A stretch of 15,351 nucleotides of DNA. Origin: Ginkgo biloba (Eukaryota > Plantae > Ginkgophyta). Of the stretch, positions 10,523 to 15,351 are shown piece after piece. The notes under the pieces were generated by a model that saw nothing but the letters and a program-made list of their open reading frames with translations, did no database searches and was not told the DNA's origin. Numbering within the stretch: the first letter of the stretch is position 1; the number at the start of each line of letters is the position of its first letter. Made by a program: the position numbers and the translations under genes. The stretch is taken from NCBI GenBank assembly GCA_024626585.2, contig JANKJI020000002.1, forward strand, positions 74,082,391 to 74,097,741, read 5' to 3'.

Positions 10523-10690
10523 TTTGAGGGAAAACCATTTCAAGAAAGGGAGGAATATGATGACCCTAAAAGAAGACTCATAGAGTGCAAGTAATAAACC
10601 TATAAATATGAAAGCTCATTGAGACCTATGCTTCGAGGGAGAAGCATGTTAAGGTGGGGTGGTATGTTATGTCCCCAAAATAATATGTAT
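10523..10690 (+). mobile_element. Gypsy-type pol-end / polypurine tract / 3'-LTR start, present twice; LTR probably begins TGTTATGTCCCC at 10665
   Basis: Purine-rich AAGGTGGGGTGG directly precedes TA-TGTTATGTCCCC, a TG-initiated LTR-like start that runs into an N gap. A related copy lies 109 bp upstream (AAGAAAGGGAGGAA-TATGATGACCCT). The layout resembles the GAGG...AAGGGAGG-TGTNATG ends of plant gypsy elements. Confidence 0.55.
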
Positions 10691-10799
10691 NNNNNNNNNN
10701 NNNNNNNNNNNNNNNNNNNNNNNNNNNNNNNNNNNNNNNNNNNNNNNNNNNNNNNNNNNNNNNNNNNNNNNNNNNNNNNNNNNNNNNNNNACAAGGCTT

Positions 10800-11880
10800 C
10801 AATGAAGTTACATTAATGTATAAAATACATCGTGAAAGTTCATCACGTCCCTCAAAAGATGCAAATTCTTATGCTCCCAACACCCTAACTAGAAGGTCCT
10901 TTTTAATGGAGATGGTTTAAAGATGAACTTCCATTGCCCCATAGATCCTATGTGGAGATTACAACTAGGTAAAAGATCAAGAATATCTATAGGGAAAGTG
11001 AAGGGGGGGCTCCCCTAGAGATAACATGCTGACGAAAAGGAGATTAAGTTTCATATGAACATTATACTATGGTTTTATGACCCAAACAACCATTAAACGT
11101 TTGAGTCCCATGATCTCTTGTTTAGTTGGTCTAATTTCCAACACAAGCATGAATGAATGCAAAGAGGGTTGATAGGGTTGTGTTGTCCGATGATGACACA
11201 ACTTCTCCTTGGAAAGGGTTGGACTATTGCAAGTGTTGAGAGGTGCTTCTTTGTATGTCCATATACCATTCAATTTTATATATGTTGGGGTGAGAATAAA
11301 GAAAGGGAGCGACTCCTCCTTTAGGGTAAACACTTCACTTCTTCAAAATCACATGTGCATCAAAAGCATTCATAAATCTTGGATTCTAGTCCCCATGCCC
11401 AAGGGAAGGGATGGATGGATATAGTGGAATTAGGATTAACAGAACAACCTCCTTCTCGAAGGTTTTGGAAGAAGAATAAGAGTCATAAAAAAATGAGCTT
11501 ATAGAGAGACAACGAGAAAACTTATAGAAGTAGATAAGCACTTTAGAGCCTCCTCCCTCGCCCTTGGATGAGAGTATCTAATGTAGGGAAACCAAGTTGG
11601 TTCAAGCCTACAAATTGGTGAAGCAAGAAAAGTGAAATGGGCCCTAATTAGATTTGGGTTCCAATGGTTGAGAGTAGGAGATGGACTCTTGAAGAAATTC
11701 TAGAAATTATTGAGGAAAAAGAAAGTTGCAAAACTAATCTCAACCTTGCAGACTAATGAGGACAATCTATTACTCATTTTGAGATTGTCAAAGAATATTC
11801 CAAGAAGAAATCATATGCCTTCCACTCTCAGGGGCTTAACCATGAGAGATTCCAAGCAATGGAAGACTACAATATAGATT
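10800..11880 (+). mobile_element. Degenerate L1-type LINE ORF2 fragment (APE endonuclease plus linker; RT not seen)
   Basis: Ordered APE motifs across frameshifts: YAPN (10870-10881), CGDYN (10951-10965; GDFN motif), WSN, KRVDRVV (RLDR motif), SLYVHIP (SDH motif), FRVNTSLL. The linker QWLRVGD...KKF*KLLRKKK...ISTL (~11660-11750) matches the WxxxGDxxxKFF motif of L1 ORF2. Confidence 0.85.
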
Positions 11881-14800
11881 TCTTACTTTTTTTTCTTGAA
11901 AATATCAATCTTTTATTAANNNNNNNNNNNNNNNNNNNNNNNNNNNNNNNNNNNNNNNNNNNNNNNNNNNNNNNNNNNNNNNNNNNNNNNNNNNNNNNNN
12001 NNNNNNNNNNNNNNNNNNNTTATGAACCTAAAACAAGAGGGAATAATAAATTTGCTAAACCCTAAGTGTCTTAGCAATCCAATGTCAACCATAAATATAA
12101 CAGACCTGCTCTGATCAAGAGTGCCCTACTGCAAGGAATCTAATTTTGCATTCCTAGGGTTTGCAACTCCCATACATGCATATATAATTTGAAAATTTAG
12201 AATATAGACCAATCTTATTTACATTAATTTATGACAAAATGTAGAAATATATGCTAAAAGTAGAGGGTTTCATTGTACACTTACAATTTGTGGTAACTTA
12301 CCACTTTACACTGAAGTATTGAAGATGCCAAACCTCTCTGCAATTCAAAACTTCTTCGTTTAGCCTGTTAGAACCCTATGACTTGCTTCAAAAGGCCAAT
12401 TGTTGTGCAACAATAGTGCATAATCCAGTGGCTAGGTATGAGGAAGCCTTGCTATTTCTTCTCGAGGTCCCTTGGGGCAATTTCTCTAGTGAATATTCCT
12501 TCTAAACCCTGCAATCGAGTTGCCTTACCTTGTTGAATAGATCCGAGCACTCCTTCAGCAAAAATATCCGCCATAAAGGTCTTATAATGATAGTAGCATG
12601 GTTCCAACTAGGCAAAAAGTAGCTACAACAGAAAAACGACTTCTATTGTTAACTTCTCCCAACCAAAATGCAGAAAACAACTTATACAATGAAGATGCCC
12701 TAAAGAAGATATCAAAGAGATGATGTTAGGGTATTGCTTAAGGCTAAACAATTCTGTTATATGCTAGAAATTGGGCACAAACTCCCATAGAGGGCTAAGC
12801 ATAACCTTAAGGCTGCCCCAAACCCTAAGAAGCCCTCTGTGGCACTATTTTGTCCCAATTTTCTCCTTGAAGAGAGGCATCCTTAGTTGAAGGACCCTCT
12901 TGGTTCTGCTCTTTAGAATTTTCTCTCTCCTAAGCACTTAACCAAGGGGTTTCATCATCATTTTCATCTAGTCCCATCACTTAGCTTAGGCTTAGACCTG
13001 TCTTCCAAGGTTGAATCTAATGTGCTTTTCTTGACTGGCTTTGGCCCACCTTTCAAAGTCAAATTTGCATTAATTTGTTGGGCTATAAACAAATGACACA
13101 TGTCAACATCCAATTTGAGGTGCCCTATGTTAGATTGCTTCTTGGGCCCTTCTCTTTACCTTCTTTTCTTTCCTTACCGCTTTCCCTAGTGAACTCACCA
13201 TTAGTGATTTGGAACCCGCAATGTGTATAGTGGAAGTTAAAACTAAACAATCTAAATTCACNNNNNNNNNNNNNNNNNNNNNNNNNNNNNNNNNNNNNNN
13301 NNNNNNNNNNNNNNNNNNNNNNNNNNNNNNNNNNNNNNNNNNNNNNNNNNNNNNNNNNNNNAAAATGGGGCTTTCTGATATTGCTTTTTCTCTTTATGGA
13401 AAGGATATAACTAAAATAAATTCTAATGGTGCTCTTGGGGCAAAATGCTGTAGGAAAGGGTGTTGGTGTTTACCCAACCTCTTGCCTTTTATAAATTCTG
13501 TTGGGAATCTAAGTTATTAGGGGCTTGGCACATTTGCAAATTTATATTTTTCAGCATATGTTAAGTTGGGAATGATGTTGCTTTTGGCATTGAAGCCCCT
13601 ACTTGTAACATCAACAACCAAGAACATTCTATGATTATGGTCAATAGTTCTATATCTAGAACGTACAAATGGAGGTGAACCATTAGATAGATCCTATGGT
13701 CCATTGGGGCAATGTACCTTGTATAGGATGCTTCTGGATCTCGCCATGGCTAATGACAGTGATAGCAGTAGGATTAGATGCATAAGGACGTGCTCACCTA
13801 AAACTAGAGGAAGATGGGACCAAAAAAGAACCAAATAATGATAGGAGTAGCAACATAAGCAAAAAGATGAGCAGACCTAGGACTAGGGGAGGATGGAGTC
13901 AACATACAGACAGACCTTTCTCCTCATAATGATAAGTGCCCTATTGCATCTTCTGTTGTTCCTGAGGATGGTTGGGTAGGATTATAGGTACAAAAACTAG
14001 GAGCAACAGGAACGATGGAGGTTATTAGGATGCCGCTAATTTTCTCTGTTAATTACTTGAAAAAAATACCTCACTAGTAACTAGCAATACATCCAAATTT
14101 CCAGATTTTGAACTAGCATAATTAAAGTTGGTAGCTAATACAGAAGAGATTTAACATTAGAACCGAAAATGTTTCTTAGGAACAGTAGGACAGTATCTAT
14201 TACAAGAGAATATTTATTAGAGACAATTCTAGAGAAATGTAGTAAAGAAACAACACCGCTGTTCTAGTTGCAAATCTGATTGATGTAGAGAGTCTCAAAT
14301 CTGAGTTGAATGCTATCTTGGAACTGTTTTTTGGTGTGCTCTCTCTTGTGAATGAGGTGCAAGTTCACAGGACATCATCTAGAAAATATTCTTCTACAAG
14401 AACTGACCCGTGTGCTACTACTCGGCGAATATCCCAAAAATTCACCACAGAGGTCTGACAATGTATGGAGTCACTGTTTGTTCAAAGATTAATCACATAG
14501 GCACTAAAACTGAGGTGCTAGTATAAATAAAACCCACTAGTTAAAGGGATGAAATATGCAAGTCGAATAGTGCGTGGAATCACTGTATTGTCCAGACATC
14601 AATCATGTGGACACAAGATCCGTAGTGTTTCGTATAGGGAAAAGTTACTAGATTAAAATGTTGAAAAGCCCAATTTCAAGAACTGCCAAGCGACTTCTGA
14701 AATCTGTAATTGAAGAAACTAGTGGCATGAAATCTGGTATTGAACAGTTGAGATGAGGATTTGAAGCTCTTATGTGCCAACTTCTATTGGAAATTTTGGC

Positions 14801-15351
14801 ATTGGAGCACACGATATATGAGTGAGAAAAAACTTTGTTGTTGCAATCCTTAGAGGGGACCAAGCTCAACGATCCTTAGGCAAATCACTCCCAGGGCATA
14901 AGCAAGGTGCATAACATTCCATCATGAAAAAAATTTCTAGCCACTTTTGCAGAGCATAATTGGATCTCAACTCAATTTTGAGAGCTCTGTTATAACCCCC
15001 TACCTATTGGCAGATGCCTTCATCATATAGACTACTCAATATAACAGTTAGTGTTAGAAATCGTGGATACCCTTTCTTACCATTGGCCATGGGGATCTTA
15101 TTGACCCCTTGTAATTATTGTTGTGAGCTATTATACTTGATAATTTGATTGAACCTCTGCTTTCCACTTGACCATAGGATTATTAGTGCAATAAAGCATT
15201 CGACTATCTTGATCATACAAGACACTGTTAATCAGTAAAAGTTCGTTGCTTACGTCACTGAGTTTTGTAACCTCACAAAATGACTTTTGAGATGAATAGA
15301 AGGCCTGCCATTTAGGTTTCCAATCCCCTTTCTTTGTAATTCACCCTAAAA

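Larger units (their letters stand above)
3062..15351 (+). other. Probable very long, TE-filled intron 3 of the LRR gene (3' end not in window)
   Basis: Canonical donor GTAAGT at 3062. I found no exon encoding the expected continuation (ELYKNNIQGxIP or ELYSNNISGxIP) in the called bases. It could lie in an N gap, lie beyond the window, or be lost. Confidence 0.65.

Noticed and set aside
12108-12119. GCTCTGATCAAG as a minus-strand tRNA-iMet primer-binding site
   Set aside because: It matches only the first 8 contiguous nt of GCTCTGATACCA and has no clear adjacent LTR terminus.
14990-15345. Minus-strand WKPKWQAFY...MVKWKA plus AGGTAGGGGG as a gypsy integrase tail, chromodomain and PPT
   Set aside because: The resemblance is limited to a few residues and the GPY/F and chromodomain signatures are incomplete. 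It needs a profile search.

Overview
AT-rich, CpG-poor eukaryotic DNA from a land plant. The long TE-filled intron and TE types suggest a large-genome, probably non-angiosperm plant (inference). The one recognisable host gene is the 5' part of a + strand leucine-rich-repeat gene of the SERK/LRR1 family. It has three spliced coding exons (2397-2478, 2760-2892, 2990-3061) giving [95 protein letters not shown](L). The residues fit the secreted kinase-less LRR1/LRP type better than SERK receptor kinases. No exon 4 was found, so intron 3 appears to run at least 12.2 kb to the window end. That intron holds an old ~460-480 bp tandem triplication with a conserved hairpin/splice-acceptor motif (4051-5447), a decayed Ty3/gypsy pol (~6370-8310), a duplicated PPT/LTR-start module (~10523-10690), a decayed L1-type LINE endonuclease region (~10800-11880) and unassigned repeat-like DNA. 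Five gaps of exactly 100 N limit interpretation. Most ORFs in the supplied track are spurious. I see no clearly new system; the intronic triplication is the best lead.
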